DNA of 64,000 nt from an uncultured bacterium (GCA_964644695.1 CAZXWN010000005.1:1-64000); one strand, 5' to 3'; shown: positions 9,684 to 21,761, counted from the stretch's first letter. Made by a program: numbers and translations. The notes: generated by a model not told the origin, from the sequence alone.

Positions 9684-11357
9684 CTACTCTTCCCGACTGA
9701 CACGAAGAACTTCTTCAATAGTCGTCAATCCTCGGCGAACCTTATCAATTCCATCGTCCCACAGTGTCTTCATACCTTGCTTGACGGCATACTGCTTAAT
9801 CTCACCGGCAGAATCATGACGCATGATCATCTCGCGTATTGGATCATCCATCATCAGAAGTTCGAAGATACCTATACGCCCTTTATAACCAGTATTCCGA
9901 CAAGACTCACATCCTGCACCATGATAAAAAACGAGATGTTCTTTTCCTTCAATATCCAACAAATCTCGGCGCTGAGGCTCATAGGGTTCTTTACACTTCT
10001 GGCAAATATGTCGCACCAAACGCTGTGCCATAAGACCTTCAACCGAAGAAGCAACCAGATAAGGTTCAATCCCCATATCCACAAGACGAGTCAATCCACC
10101 AGCGGCATCATTGGTATGAAGTGTCGAGAATACTAAATGCCCCGTCAGTGCTGACCGGATAGAAATATCAGCGGTTTCCCGGTCACGAATTTCACCTACC
10201 ATGATAATATCAGGGTCATGCCGTAATATAGACCGAAGTCCCTGGGCAAAATCAAAACCAATCTTTGGCTTAGTCGGTATTTGGAAAATACCGGATAATT
10301 GATATTCCACAGGATCTTCAATAGTAATAATCTTTTTATCCAACGTATTAATCTTGTGTAATGAACCATAAAGAGTCGTTGATTTACCACTTCCCGTAGG
10401 ACCTGTAACCAGAATAATTCCATGTGGCCGAGTAATCAATTTATTGAATCCAGCAAAACATTGCCCATCCATCCCCAAAGCTTCCAGTTCCATAAAGATA
10501 GATCCACGGTCCAATAAACGCATGACAATACCTTCACCATGAATACCGGGAATAATAGACACACGTACATCAATTTCACGGCCGCCAGCGCGAAGTTTGA
10601 TACGACCATCCTGAGGCAGACGTTTTTCTGCAATATTCAGGTCGGCCATAATTTTGATGCGGGAAATGATTGCCTGTTGGAATAACTTCATTCGTGGAGG
10701 AGTCGCAGCAGGATAGAGCATCCCATCAATGCGGTAACGGATTCGGACATCATCTTCCCAAGGTTCAATGTGGATATCACTCGCCCGGTCGCGAACAGCT
10801 TCAATAATAATCTGATTTACGAACTGAATCAGTGAAGCGTCTTCCACCATTTCCAGAGATTCACCATTTTCATCCGTATCTTCTAAGACTTCAAGCTTCT
10901 GTCCGGTTTCTTCCAAGAGTTGGTCCATGGATTCGGCACCAATCCCATAAAACCGTTTAATCAGGCGATCAATATCATGACTTGTAGACACTACTGTCTT
11001 AAGGTCACAATCCAACATCAGACGCAATTCATCTATAGTTTGCAAATTAAAGGGGTCAGATACCGCAATGATAAGAAGTTTGCCCTCTCTTCGAACAGGC
11101 AAGGATTGTCGGGGAACCACCACTTTTGCTGGAACTGACTTCAATACATCCAAATCAATGGACTCTTCATGAAGCTCCATAAACTCCAGATTGAGTAATT
11201 TACATATCGATTGTAAAAGATGTGCCTCATCAACAGTCCCAGAACGAACCAGGACTCTTAACAAACTCTCTTCTTCTGCGTGAGGAACTGTTTTGAGAGA
11301 CAGGATCTGGTCCTCAGTGACCAGACCCTGTCCAACCAAAAACTTTTCAAGATTCAT
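9684..11357 (-). CDS. gspE: T2SS ATPase GspE
   Basis: ASDIHIEP, RLPQDGR, Walker A GPTGSGKST, TIEDPVE, GEIRD, HTND, tetra-Cys motif; start placed at MNLEK after a GGAG RBS. Confidence 0.95.
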   Translation of the reverse strand: MNLEKFLVGQGLVTEDQILSLKTVPHAEEESLLRVLVRSGTVDEAHLLQSICKLLNLEFMELHEESIDLDVLKSVPAKVVVPRQSLPVRREGKLLIIAVSDPFNLQTIDELRLMLDCDLKTVVSTSHDIDRLIKRFYGIGAESMDQLLEETGQKLEVLEDTDENGESLEMVEDASLIQFVNQIIIEAVRDRASDIHIEPWEDDVRIRYRIDGMLYPAATPPRMKLFQQAIISRIKIMADLNIAEKRLPQDGRIKLRAGGREIDVRVSIIPGIHGEGIVMRLLDRGSIFMELEALGMDGQCFAGFNKLITRPHGIILVTGPTGSGKSTTLYGSLHKINTLDKKIITIEDPVEYQLSGIFQIPTKPKIGFDFAQGLRSILRHDPDIIMVGEIRDRETADISIRSALTGHLVFSTLHTNDAAGGLTRLVDMGIEPYLVASSVEGLMAQRLVRHICQKCKEPYEPQRRDLLDIEGKEHLVFYHGAGCESCRNTGYKGRIGIFELLMMDDPIREMIMRHDSAGEIKQYAVKQGMKTLWDDGIDKVRRGLTTIEEVLRVSREE

Positions 11358-11370
11358 GGAAACTCCAGAA

Positions 11371-11943
11371 TTAATTGTTATTATTGGGGCCCATACGATT
11401 ACCAGAACGGTTATCACGATTCCAGGCGTTGGGTCGGGCACCCATGCCCATTCCACCACCCATAGGCACACCGTTGCTGATAATTCCGCGAATCGACAAT
11501 TCTGCTTCTTGTCTAATTGTCAGAACGGATTTCAAATCTGCTTCAGCGGCATCGGTTTTCTTTTTGATTTCCTGACATTTTGCTTTATATTTATCAAGAG
11601 CCAGCTTAACAGCTTTATCATTTCCTGTTTGCTTGAGAGCTTCAGATAAAGCATCTCGATATGTCTGTAATTCACGTGGAGAATTAAATCGTAAATCCAT
11701 CAGAATCTTAATTTTGGGGACTATGACTTTAGCTTCTTCTGCAGTCATAGGAACTCCTGTTGTAGACCGGGCAATTATCATCTCAGTCATACGGGCAGGA
11801 TCAAAGGATCCCATTTGACCACCAGGACCACCCATACGACCACCCTGACGATCTGACTGGTTGTCCATAGGCTGGGCTATTACGAAAGATACTAACAATC
11901 CAACAACTAAACTAAGGGCTAATTTCTTACTGATTTCCATCAC
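11371..11943 (-). CDS. Exported helical protein, Spy/CpxP-like, with Gly/Met-rich termini
   Basis: Signal peptide, GGMG repeats, LT.RQ motif (VLTIRQEA). Confidence 0.55.
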   Translation of the reverse strand: MMEISKKLALSLVVGLLVSFVIAQPMDNQSDRQGGRMGGPGGQMGSFDPARMTEMIIARSTTGVPMTAEEAKVIVPKIKILMDLRFNSPRELQTYRDALSEALKQTGNDKAVKLALDKYKAKCQEIKKKTDAAEADLKSVLTIRQEAELSIRGIISNGVPMGGGMGMGARPNAWNRDNRSGNRMGPNNNN

Positions 11944-12448
11944 GCATTCCTCCTATTGGTGGTTGATTGTTGAAATTGCGTCCTGGAGGCTCTTCCATTT
12001 CCGGCCTTCTTTGTGGACGCCTTTTTTCTATGAACTTTTTAAATTTTTCTTTCTGCTCAGGCTTTAATACTTCCATTAAGTCCTTGTGCGTCGCTGTGTG
12101 TATTTTTCGCATTCGAACACGACCACTTGTCACTTCGCTATATACCTGATTTTTACGTTCTTCCAATATGAGACGTATTTTTTCCTGTTGCTCGGGAGTT
12201 AAGTCTAAAGCTACGGTTAAGTCTTTAATAAATCTCTTATCTCGAAAAATTGGATTATTAGCGTTAATTCCCTGAGGCTGTCCAATTCTGGGACGTTGTG
12301 ACATGTTTCTCTGAAATTGCCGGAATTGGCGAACGGCCATCTGGCGAGTGTAGAACTGTCCAGATATAAATCCAAGACCCATTCCAATTAGAAACAAAGT
12401 AATAAGTAATAGCCAAAACCTTACTCGAGAAGAAATAAACTGAGTCAT
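11927..12448 (-). CDS. Membrane-anchored Spy/CpxP-like (LTxxQ) protein
   Basis: N-terminal TM, LDLTPEQQEKI and VLKPEQKEKF repeats. Confidence 0.7.
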   Translation of the reverse strand: MTQFISSRVRFWLLLITLFLIGMGLGFISGQFYTRQMAVRQFRQFQRNMSQRPRIGQPQGINANNPIFRDKRFIKDLTVALDLTPEQQEKIRLILEERKNQVYSEVTSGRVRMRKIHTATHKDLMEVLKPEQKEKFKKFIEKRRPQRRPEMEEPPGRNFNNQPPIGGMRDGNQ

Positions 12449-12450
12449 GT

Positions 12451-12921
12451 TTATACATCCTCATTAACTAACAAATATGCGGGTTGTGCACTTAAATCCA
12501 GAGTTGTTGAATAATCCACAGTGGAATCTTGTCCTAAAATTGTTTCCGTATTCGTGCCGATATTTTTCATGATGGGTTGTAAAGAGATAACCAGCGCCAA
12601 AACCAGAAGTGCCGAAGAAACAGTCAATGTTACAGGAGGTAACCGGTGCCACATCCACAAGTCTTCCCAGAAAGATAATTTTGCTGGCTGTGTATCCAAA
12701 CGATTCATAATCCCAGCAAACAAATCTCGAGATGGGCCTTGCGGTATAGTATTCTTTACGGACAAACGATATTGCTTCCATATTTCCAAATCGTGTTGAC
12801 ACTTCTGACAGTCAGAAATATGGAGCTCTACCCTCTGTAGGGATTTACCCTTTAATTCACCATCCAGATAAGCAGACAACTGCTTTTTCCAGTACCGATG
12901 CACCCATTTCATGACCATCAC
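12451..12921 (-). CDS. Zinc-finger (zf-HC2) anti-sigma factor
   Basis: LSAYLDGEL..H...C..C, one TM helix, directly downstream of the ECF sigma. Confidence 0.9.
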   Translation of the reverse strand: MMVMKWVHRYWKKQLSAYLDGELKGKSLQRVELHISDCQKCQHDLEIWKQYRLSVKNTIPQGPSRDLFAGIMNRLDTQPAKLSFWEDLWMWHRLPPVTLTVSSALLVLALVISLQPIMKNIGTNTETILGQDSTVDYSTTLDLSAQPAYLLVNEDV

Positions 12922-13541
12922 CTCTCTTTAAACTCCTCATAAAAATCTCTTAATAAGTCCTGTAACATTTCTCGAGCACGGAATAGTCGGGATTTCACGG
13001 TTCCCATCCGACACCCTTGAATCTCAGCAATTTCCTCGTAACTTAATGTTTCTATCTCTTTCAAGTAAACAGCTTCACGATACTCCGTCGGTAGTTGCTT
13101 TATTGCCTCTATTATCTTTAGACGTATTTCCCTCTCAGAATGTTCCTGATCTGGGGTTAATCCTGTTCCAGTGAAATTATCCATCCTATCACCAGTAGAA
13201 TCAACAGGATCCATATTAGAAACATAATGAGAGCGATAACGGTCCCTGGACCGATAAAAGTCTAAACATTGGTTTCGGGTAACTGTATATAGCCAAGTCG
13301 TGATTTTTGAGCGGGATTGAAACTGGTCTAAAGAGTTATAGACTTTAACAAAAATATCCTGAACAGCCTCTTCCGCATCATCACTATTGCGAAGGATTGA
13401 CCATGCAAGCCGATAGACAGTATCAGAATAACGATGATAAAACTCTTCCATAGCTGCCCGGTCACGAAGACGGCAACGTTCCAATAACTGCCGGTCATCT
13501 AAACCGGCCAAATCAGACGGCCTGTAAGGAGTCTTTATCAT
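12918..13541 (-). CDS. ECF RNA polymerase sigma factor (SigW/RpoE-like)
   Basis: DAEEAVQDIF, TWLY.VTRN, LSYEEIAE, GTVKSRLFRAR. Confidence 0.95.
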   Translation of the reverse strand: MIKTPYRPSDLAGLDDRQLLERCRLRDRAAMEEFYHRYSDTVYRLAWSILRNSDDAEEAVQDIFVKVYNSLDQFQSRSKITTWLYTVTRNQCLDFYRSRDRYRSHYVSNMDPVDSTGDRMDNFTGTGLTPDQEHSEREIRLKIIEAIKQLPTEYREAVYLKEIETLSYEEIAEIQGCRMGTVKSRLFRAREMLQDLLRDFYEEFKER

Positions 13542-13600
13542 ATCAGGTCAGTCTTACTGCAACCTTCTTCATTATAAGTGAGTTAACTATAGTCTATTAA

Positions 13601-13630
13601 TAAGACGACTCTAATTATAAATTTGTTCCC
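13601..13630 (-). promoter_or_regulatory. Candidate ECF-sigma (autoregulatory) promoter
   Basis: Minus strand GGGAACAA-N15-CGTCTTA about 60 nt upstream of the sigma gene; resembles the GAAC...(C)GTC/TCT ECF consensus. Confidence 0.65.
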
Positions 13631-13908
13631 AAGCCGGCAGATATCAATAATTCCTTTTATATCAGGGAGTAAAGTATGTTCAAAAAGGAAAAATAATTTA
13701 CCCATACCATTGATGCGTAAATAGAAAATATTTATCATCTGGAAGAACAAATACTAGTTAGGTTACACTATACCCGGAAGGCACCAATAAATCCTATTTA
13801 TTTATTGTAATAATAGATTTTCTAAATACCAAATAAAGGGATCTCTTTATCCACTTAAAGATTGAATAAAAAAATCGAAGAGATCAATACTCTACTATAT
13901 TGGACAAT

Positions 13909-16900
13909 ATGACACCATATAATTGGCTTAGACAGCTAGTATTAACCATTCTTCTAACAGGAATTTGTTATGCCATGCCGCCTCATGATCCTGGGCAGGC
14001 AGTTCGTGAGAGCCTTAGTCTGAATGGGGAGTGGGCTTTTATGCCTATGGAAAGGCCATGGCTTAATTACCCACCAGAAGGCAAATGGGCACCCGAAAAG
14101 ATCAAAGTTCCGTCGCCATGGAATTATTACTTTGACGAGATTGGTGGCCCCTGGCGAGCATATCGAAATTATGATTACCCAGAATATTGGAGGTACTGTC
14201 GTGCCGCATGGTATGAACGTAATATACCCATATCCAACTCCATGAAAGAAAAGGTTCTTAAAGGGGGCCGGATCATCCTCACATTTAATGGAGTCATGCA
14301 TCGTTCTCTGATTATAGTAAATGGCAAGAGAGTGGGAGAGAATCAGGATGGGTATTTACCTTTTTCTTTTGATATAACAGATTTAATTCGACTCGATGAC
14401 TTAAATAAACTGGATGTATATGTCAGTGAGAATCCTCAACCAAAAGGTCAGTATATCTATCCTCCCGGCTCATGGTTTGGATGGCAGGCATTGGGGATCT
14501 GGCAGGATGTTGAAGTATCTGTGGTCCCTCCAGTTCGTGTTGTGGACACCCGAATTATTACTTCAGTACGAAATCAGAGAATTTCTGTACAAACCATCCT
14601 CCAGAATGATAATACTTCTGCATCTTCTGTAACAATATCTCCTGTTATCAAAAACAGCAATCAGACCATAAAATCTCTAAAACCCTATACTCTCACTTTA
14701 GACAGCCATAGCCAAAAGACAATCCATTGGTCAGAGGATTGGAAGCACCCTAAATTATGGTCACCGGAATTACCTCATTTATATACTTTGGAGACTCAGT
14801 TAGAAGGAATATTTGGCAAAGATGTGCAATCCAACCGATTTGGATTTAGAGAGTTTTGGATTGATGGGAAATATTATTATCTCAATAATCACAAGATAAA
14901 ACTCAAAGGGGATGGCTGGCATTTCATGGGGCCAGTCCAACAAAACACAGAATATGCTAGAGCCTGGTACAAAATGGTAAAAAAGGCGGGGGGGAATTTT
15001 GTCCGACTTCATGCCATGCCTTATCCTGAGTTTTATCTTGATGTTGCTGACGAAGAAGGAATGCTTATCATTGACGAGTCAGCCCTCTATGGGAGCCGAG
15101 GGAATCTGGCTTTAGGAGAATCAAGCTTCTGGGATAATTGTCGTGAGCATACTCGACGATTTATTAATCGGGATAAAAATCACCCTTCCGTCATCATATG
15201 GAGCTTAAGTAATGAAGTGGTTTGGCGAGGCGGCTCAAACTCTTTTGCTCCTCTTTTATCCTTGGCATCCACAGCTCAGTCACTTGATCCTTCCCGAGTC
15301 ATTACTTTTGATGAGAACGATTCTGATTTAGGGGGGAAATCACAGACTTATGGGGGACACTACAACTCCATTGAATATTGGAAAAATCGGAATATCCAAA
15401 ATAAACCTTTCCATTTGAACGAATATGGCAGTCTTTATTACAGTGACTGCCATGAACCTTCGTATTTTGGTGGGGAGTCTGTATATCGCAGTTTCACTAA
15501 TCGCCTGGAAAGTGTGGGTGAAGAAATGCGGCGTTATACCTGGTACTTGCGGGAAATGGATGCCGCCTCTTTCTCACCCTGGAATCTGGTTTGGTATTGT
15601 CATCATCCTTTACCGACAATCAGGCAATATCCGGATTGGAACAAACTTCATATTGATATGGGTCTGAAACCTGAAAGCATCGGGCCCAATTCTGTCACAT
15701 TAAACTGGGGATTCACTCCATTCGAGCCACAATCCAAACCAAATCCAGCATGGAGTAAAATCACTCAAGCATATACTCCCGTTGCAGTCCATATTCATGA
15801 ATATAATAATCGCTTTTATTCAAATTCATCAGCGACTAGGACTGTTTATATATTCAACGACCAGCCTAAAAAAGAAAACTTTGAAATCAAATGGGAACTC
15901 AAAAGAAAGAACAGCATTCTTCAAAAGGATTCTTTCGCAATAAAACTGAAACCCTATGGAATGACGACCTCTCCTGTAACACTTTTTCTTCCTGATTATA
16001 AAAATACTGAATCCCTGTCATTCAAGGTCCAATTGCAAAAACAGAATACAGTTATTCATGAAGACAAACAAATCATTGAGGTCTTTCCAAAGGTTTCCTG
16101 GATAAATATTCCCAAAGTGGTTCTATTGGATGACAAAGCGGAAACGGCGTCATTATTTAACCATTTGGGAGTTAAATTTGACACAATCAATACACTAGAA
16201 GAGATAAGTATTCACAGGGGTCAGACTCTTATCGTTGGCGCAAACAGCTTGACTCAGATCCCTTCCTATCAGTTTTTTGCTCACCACAAAATAGAGTCTT
16301 TCCTTCAACAAGGTGGAAGAATAATTTGTTTGGAAAATGCTCTTGGGAATAATCCATCCAACCCCATCAAACGGTTAGATAAATCTGTTAAATTTAGTCA
16401 TCCAGGTGTTCATACACACTCAATACTCACATCATTCAAAGAAAATAACTTGAAAGAATGGGGACCAGATGAAGTCATCACTCGTTCGGTCTTTCCTAGA
16501 ACCAGTCAAGGAAACAGCTGTTCATTGATTGATGTAGGTGATTTTGATGGGGGATTATCCTACTCAACCCTTCTGGAATTTCATCAGGGCAATGGACTCA
16601 TCTTATTGAATCAAATGGATATCATCAGATGTGCCCGTCAGGAACCTGCAGCTGAGTTGTTATTAAAGAATATTTTGGATTATGCGACCCATTATCAGGC
16701 ATCCCCAATAAGAACGTTTAATTATCAAACAGAAAAAGGGACTTCTTTATGGAGCCTGATAACCACCAATGGTTTTACTCAGGATTCCTCTTTAAGTAAT
16801 TCTGAGGTATTAATGATTGATGGACAATCATTGCCCATAATTAAAGCAATGGCCGCCCATCCCAAGGATGTTCAAGAGCGAATCAAATTAGGTTCTGTCT

Positions 16901-17949
16901 TGTGGGTTCAAGAAATCACACCCGATACCCTACCCTATCTCCAACAAATGTTAAACATTCCGATATATGGAGAGGCTTGTCAGGAACAAAATCTCATCAA
17001 GACTGGAAATCACCTTCTGTTGGAAGGGTTAAATGAAAGTGATTTTTGCTGGGCTAACAGTTGGGCATCCGAAAACATTGTAAATTTCACAATATCTATT
17101 GATTCAACGATCCCACACCTGCCTCTGCTTCAAACAACAGATGTGAAATGGGCCTTATATGGAAGTAAGGCTGAACAATTTAAAACAGGATATATGTTAA
17201 GAACTCTCGGGAATTTTGATAAAACTCGATATGGTTTGATATTGATACCCTATGGAAAAGGTCAAGTCATCCTTTCGCAACTGTGCCTGACGAATGCTGT
17301 CAAATATAAATCATCTGCAAATCGCATATTAAATCGGCTTTTAGCCAATATGGATATCCATATCAGTTCGAGTACAAATCAACTGGCACAAGCCCAACCT
17401 TCACTGATTGACGATGCAGGTTTCATCCGTTCATGGTTAATATGTGGGCCCTATAAAAATATCGACGAAAAAACACTCCTGGCCAAAGATTATCTGGAAG
17501 TACCCCTTTATTACTATCCTAAGGAAGGCGCAAAAATTGGGAATAAAACATGGAGAGCTATCAACACAAATCAGTCCCACCTGGATTTCTATGACATTGA
17601 TAGCTTCAAGAATATGAACCAATCTGCGGGATATGCCACAATCTATTTTTATTCCACTAAAAACCTGGAAGCATTACTAGATTCACCCAACATGATTTAT
17701 TTATCGACAGGATATGATGATTCCATCCAGATATCTTTAAACTGGGAAATTGTGCATCAGGACGAACGCAGAGGATTATATCAGGCAGACCGAAAGTTAC
17801 TTGGACCTTTGAAAATCCGTCAGGGTTGGAATATCCTCACCATTAAATCAGCTCATTACAATCGGGATTGGAAGTTCTCCGCAAGACTGGTTCATCAGGA
17901 TGGACGGCCTGTGAAAGACTTAACATATTCACTGGAACCACCCCGATAA
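13909..17949 (+). CDS. Large exported glycoside hydrolase family 2 (beta-galactosidase/glucuronidase-like)
   Basis: Signal peptide, SLNGEW, GYLPF.FDIT, GIWQDV, LWSPE.P.LY, FGFREF, NHPSVIIWSLSNE acid/base motif; long C-terminal extension. Confidence 0.88.
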   Translation: MTPYNWLRQLVLTILLTGICYAMPPHDPGQAVRESLSLNGEWAFMPMERPWLNYPPEGKWAPEKIKVPSPWNYYFDEIGGPWRAYRNYDYPEYWRYCRAAWYERNIPISNSMKEKVLKGGRIILTFNGVMHRSLIIVNGKRVGENQDGYLPFSFDITDLIRLDDLNKLDVYVSENPQPKGQYIYPPGSWFGWQALGIWQDVEVSVVPPVRVVDTRIITSVRNQRISVQTILQNDNTSASSVTISPVIKNSNQTIKSLKPYTLTLDSHSQKTIHWSEDWKHPKLWSPELPHLYTLETQLEGIFGKDVQSNRFGFREFWIDGKYYYLNNHKIKLKGDGWHFMGPVQQNTEYARAWYKMVKKAGGNFVRLHAMPYPEFYLDVADEEGMLIIDESALYGSRGNLALGESSFWDNCREHTRRFINRDKNHPSVIIWSLSNEVVWRGGSNSFAPLLSLASTAQSLDPSRVITFDENDSDLGGKSQTYGGHYNSIEYWKNRNIQNKPFHLNEYGSLYYSDCHEPSYFGGESVYRSFTNRLESVGEEMRRYTWYLREMDAASFSPWNLVWYCHHPLPTIRQYPDWNKLHIDMGLKPESIGPNSVTLNWGFTPFEPQSKPNPAWSKITQAYTPVAVHIHEYNNRFYSNSSATRTVYIFNDQPKKENFEIKWELKRKNSILQKDSFAIKLKPYGMTTSPVTLFLPDYKNTESLSFKVQLQKQNTVIHEDKQIIEVFPKVSWINIPKVVLLDDKAETASLFNHLGVKFDTINTLEEISIHRGQTLIVGANSLTQIPSYQFFAHHKIESFLQQGGRIICLENALGNNPSNPIKRLDKSVKFSHPGVHTHSILTSFKENNLKEWGPDEVITRSVFPRTSQGNSCSLIDVGDFDGGLSYSTLLEFHQGNGLILLNQMDIIRCARQEPAAELLLKNILDYATHYQASPIRTFNYQTEKGTSLWSLITTNGFTQDSSLSNSEVLMIDGQSLPIIKAMAAHPKDVQERIKLGSVLWVQEITPDTLPYLQQMLNIPIYGEACQEQNLIKTGNHLLLEGLNESDFCWANSWASENIVNFTISIDSTIPHLPLLQTTDVKWALYGSKAEQFKTGYMLRTLGNFDKTRYGLILIPYGKGQVILSQLCLTNAVKYKSSANRILNRLLANMDIHISSSTNQLAQAQPSLIDDAGFIRSWLICGPYKNIDEKTLLAKDYLEVPLYYYPKEGAKIGNKTWRAINTNQSHLDFYDIDSFKNMNQSAGYATIYFYSTKNLEALLDSPNMIYLSTGYDDSIQISLNWEIVHQDERRGLYQADRKLLGPLKIRQGWNILTIKSAHYNRDWKFSARLVHQDGRPVKDLTYSLEPPR

Positions 17950-17970
17950 AGGGAGATTATTCAGGAAAGC

Positions 17971-18999
17971 TCATTCACCTAATAACTCAGATACCTTTTG
18001 ATAAACATCATCCACTGTAATTCTATCCATACAGGCATGGTCCCGGGGACAATCTCTTAATAAACAAGGCGAACAGTCAACGGGTTGATGTAATATCCGG
18101 ATGGGATTTAATCCCCAAGGCTGAGTTGATTTGATTTCAACAGAACCAAAGATTGCTACCAGTGGAACACCTAATAATGCCGACAGATGCATCGGACCTG
18201 AATCATTGGAGACAAAAACCTGGCATTTTTTCAAACAGGCTATCATCTCACCCAAAGTAGTTTTCCCAGCCAGATTGACGGCGCCAGGCCCCATGGCTGT
18301 CGCCATTTGGTCCAGAAAGTCATAGTCGGTTTTAGTACCCGGCAATAAAACCTTGACCCCATAATTTTGGATCAGCTTTTGCCCCAGCTCAATATATCTT
18401 TCAGGAAACCATCGCTTTGCTGTACCAAAAGCCCCGGAGGGGTTCATTCCTACAATTCTGTCTGTGGGAGAAACACCTGATTCACTCAACAATTCGGAAC
18501 ATCGTTTTTCCCATTCCGGAAGTACTTTATACGCCGGATAAGATATCTCAGGTTGAACTTCCCAACACTCCAGCAATTTCAAATAATAAGCACGCATATC
18601 AGGAACAGAGACAGGAGGAACCACTGGATGGCTTAACAATAAAGACCTTATTCCATAGCCATAACCGCTGATCAGTGGAATTTTACCAAACTTGAATTCT
18701 AATGCTGTGGGCAATGAATTAGTTAATAAAATACCCGCGTCAAAACCATCGCTTTTTATTAATTGACCTGTTTTTGAAAGACTGGATAAAGTATGTTTTC
18801 GAGGCGCTGACAAAACAGTCTCTATATCTGAACACCCTCTCCATACATCAGAGATAGAATCTCGGGCTAATACAGATAACTTACAATCAGGATATTTCCT
18901 TTTAAGGGATGCGACAACCGGTAAAGACATTACCACATCTCCAACCCAGTTTGGACTGCGCAGAAGAATTTTTGAAGGTGACGATATAATTTTGTCCAC
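17971..18999 (-). CDS. waaF: LPS heptosyltransferase II (GT9)
   Basis: PNWVGDVVM, G.AKRW, NLAGKTTL, SNDSGPMH. Confidence 0.9.
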   Translation of the reverse strand: MDKIISSPSKILLRSPNWVGDVVMSLPVVASLKRKYPDCKLSVLARDSISDVWRGCSDIETVLSAPRKHTLSSLSKTGQLIKSDGFDAGILLTNSLPTALEFKFGKIPLISGYGYGIRSLLLSHPVVPPVSVPDMRAYYLKLLECWEVQPEISYPAYKVLPEWEKRCSELLSESGVSPTDRIVGMNPSGAFGTAKRWFPERYIELGQKLIQNYGVKVLLPGTKTDYDFLDQMATAMGPGAVNLAGKTTLGEMIACLKKCQVFVSNDSGPMHLSALLGVPLVAIFGSVEIKSTQPWGLNPIRILHQPVDCSPCLLRDCPRDHACMDRITVDDVYQKVSELLGE

Positions 19000-19047
19000 T
19001 ACCGGAAACTCGCTTCCTGAAATAAGTAATTCATAGGATTTATTATC

Positions 19048-20169
19048 TCAGGATTTCCCGACATATTGAAAAGGATCGTATCGGACCTGGCTGGTACAGA
19101 CATTTATTCCTGCATTTTGACTAACAATCCATGACTTCAATCGATTCGCCAAATGCGGCATAAACCAGGCTTCTGTTGAATAATGGCCTGCATCCACCAG
19201 CGCTAATTTTCGAAGATCCCAGTCCATTGCCTGATGATATTTAATATCTCCGGTCAACAGGACATCACATCCTCTGGCAAAAGCAGAATTTGCAAAATCC
19301 ATGCCGCTCCCAGTCACAACAGCCGCTTTCTTGACAACAGTGTCAGGCTTTCCCACAAAACGAACACCCTCTGTATCCAATAAAAGACTGATTTGTTTTG
19401 CCCAATCAGCTAAAGACATCAGAGCAGGAAGTTTCCCATACACCCCTCGCGATGCTCCCAGTGATGGATTTTCAAGGCTATAAACATCATAAGCAGGTTC
19501 TTCGTAAGGATGGGCCTGATACAATGCTTTAATGACAGCGGACAGGCAAGCCGTCGGTACAATCATTTCTAATCTTATTTCATCAACAGATTCTTTTTGT
19601 CCGGCTTTTCCAATAACAGGGTGCGAATCTTCACTTCCCTTAAATGTACCTGTACCGGAACTCTGGAAAGAACATTCACTATATTCCCCAATATGCCCTG
19701 CTCCAGCCGCAAATAAAGCTCGACTGACCTTTTCAACAGCCTCGGATGGAACAAAGGTGACAAGCTTCCGATAAGACAGGTTACATACAAAATCCAAAGG
19801 TTTAAGCTCTGACAAATTCAGAGCCTTGGCAAGAGTATCGCAGGTTCCCTGAGGTGAATAATCCAGATTGGTATGAAGACAATAAACAGAAATATCGTTT
19901 TTAAGCAGCTCTTTAATCATCTCAAATCGTGCATCACCCTCTGTCAGCTTCTGAACGGGATTAAATATAAAAGGATGATGGGTCACAATCAGGTTTGCCC
20001 CCTGTTCCAGGGACTCTCGAATCACTTCAGGGGTAATATCCAGGCAAACCAGAATATTCCGGAGTTCAGAGTTACGAGACCCGACTTGAAGACCAACCTT
20101 ATCCCAGGAGTCAGCCAATTGGGGTGGATACCATTTTTCCAAGGTGCTTAAAATATCATTTATCCGCAT
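19048..20169 (-). CDS. Nif3-like dinuclear metal-centre hexameric protein (YqfO type with PII-like insert)
   Basis: WD.VGLQVG, THHP, HTNLD, HPYEEPAYD, GDIKYH, DAGHY.TE. Confidence 0.93.
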   Translation of the reverse strand: MRINDILSTLEKWYPPQLADSWDKVGLQVGSRNSELRNILVCLDITPEVIRESLEQGANLIVTHHPFIFNPVQKLTEGDARFEMIKELLKNDISVYCLHTNLDYSPQGTCDTLAKALNLSELKPLDFVCNLSYRKLVTFVPSEAVEKVSRALFAAGAGHIGEYSECSFQSSGTGTFKGSEDSHPVIGKAGQKESVDEIRLEMIVPTACLSAVIKALYQAHPYEEPAYDVYSLENPSLGASRGVYGKLPALMSLADWAKQISLLLDTEGVRFVGKPDTVVKKAAVVTGSGMDFANSAFARGCDVLLTGDIKYHQAMDWDLRKLALVDAGHYSTEAWFMPHLANRLKSWIVSQNAGINVCTSQVRYDPFQYVGKS

Positions 20170-20402
20170 AGTTTACCTGCTTTCACTCTCAGCCTATACC
20201 GTCATTATAATCTACGGACAGGGGCAAACAGTCAAATCGACATGAAGCTGAACCTAATTATAACCAAACCTATTACATAGGTAATCACTTAAATACCTAA
20301 TTAATGAATGGTTTTCATTAACACAGAATTCATCTGGGGTCATGTTTCCTGAATCCTCAGGTTCGGTTATAATCTATATTTGTGATATATCAGAACGACT
20401 AA

Positions 20403-21746
<1,344 letters not shown>

Positions 21747-21761
21747 TTAATTGAAATCCAT

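Noticed and set aside
110-11357. Type IV pilus interpretation of the cluster
   Set aside because: Canonical GspG and GspK signatures, GspD-type N domains and no pilT favour a T2SS.
11358-11471. N-terminal extension of GspE in the ORF track
   Set aside because: Overlaps the upstream gene; a better start with RBS lies at 11357. Extensions were trimmed likewise for gspK, bshC, pepA, the M1 peptidase and the cold-shock gene.
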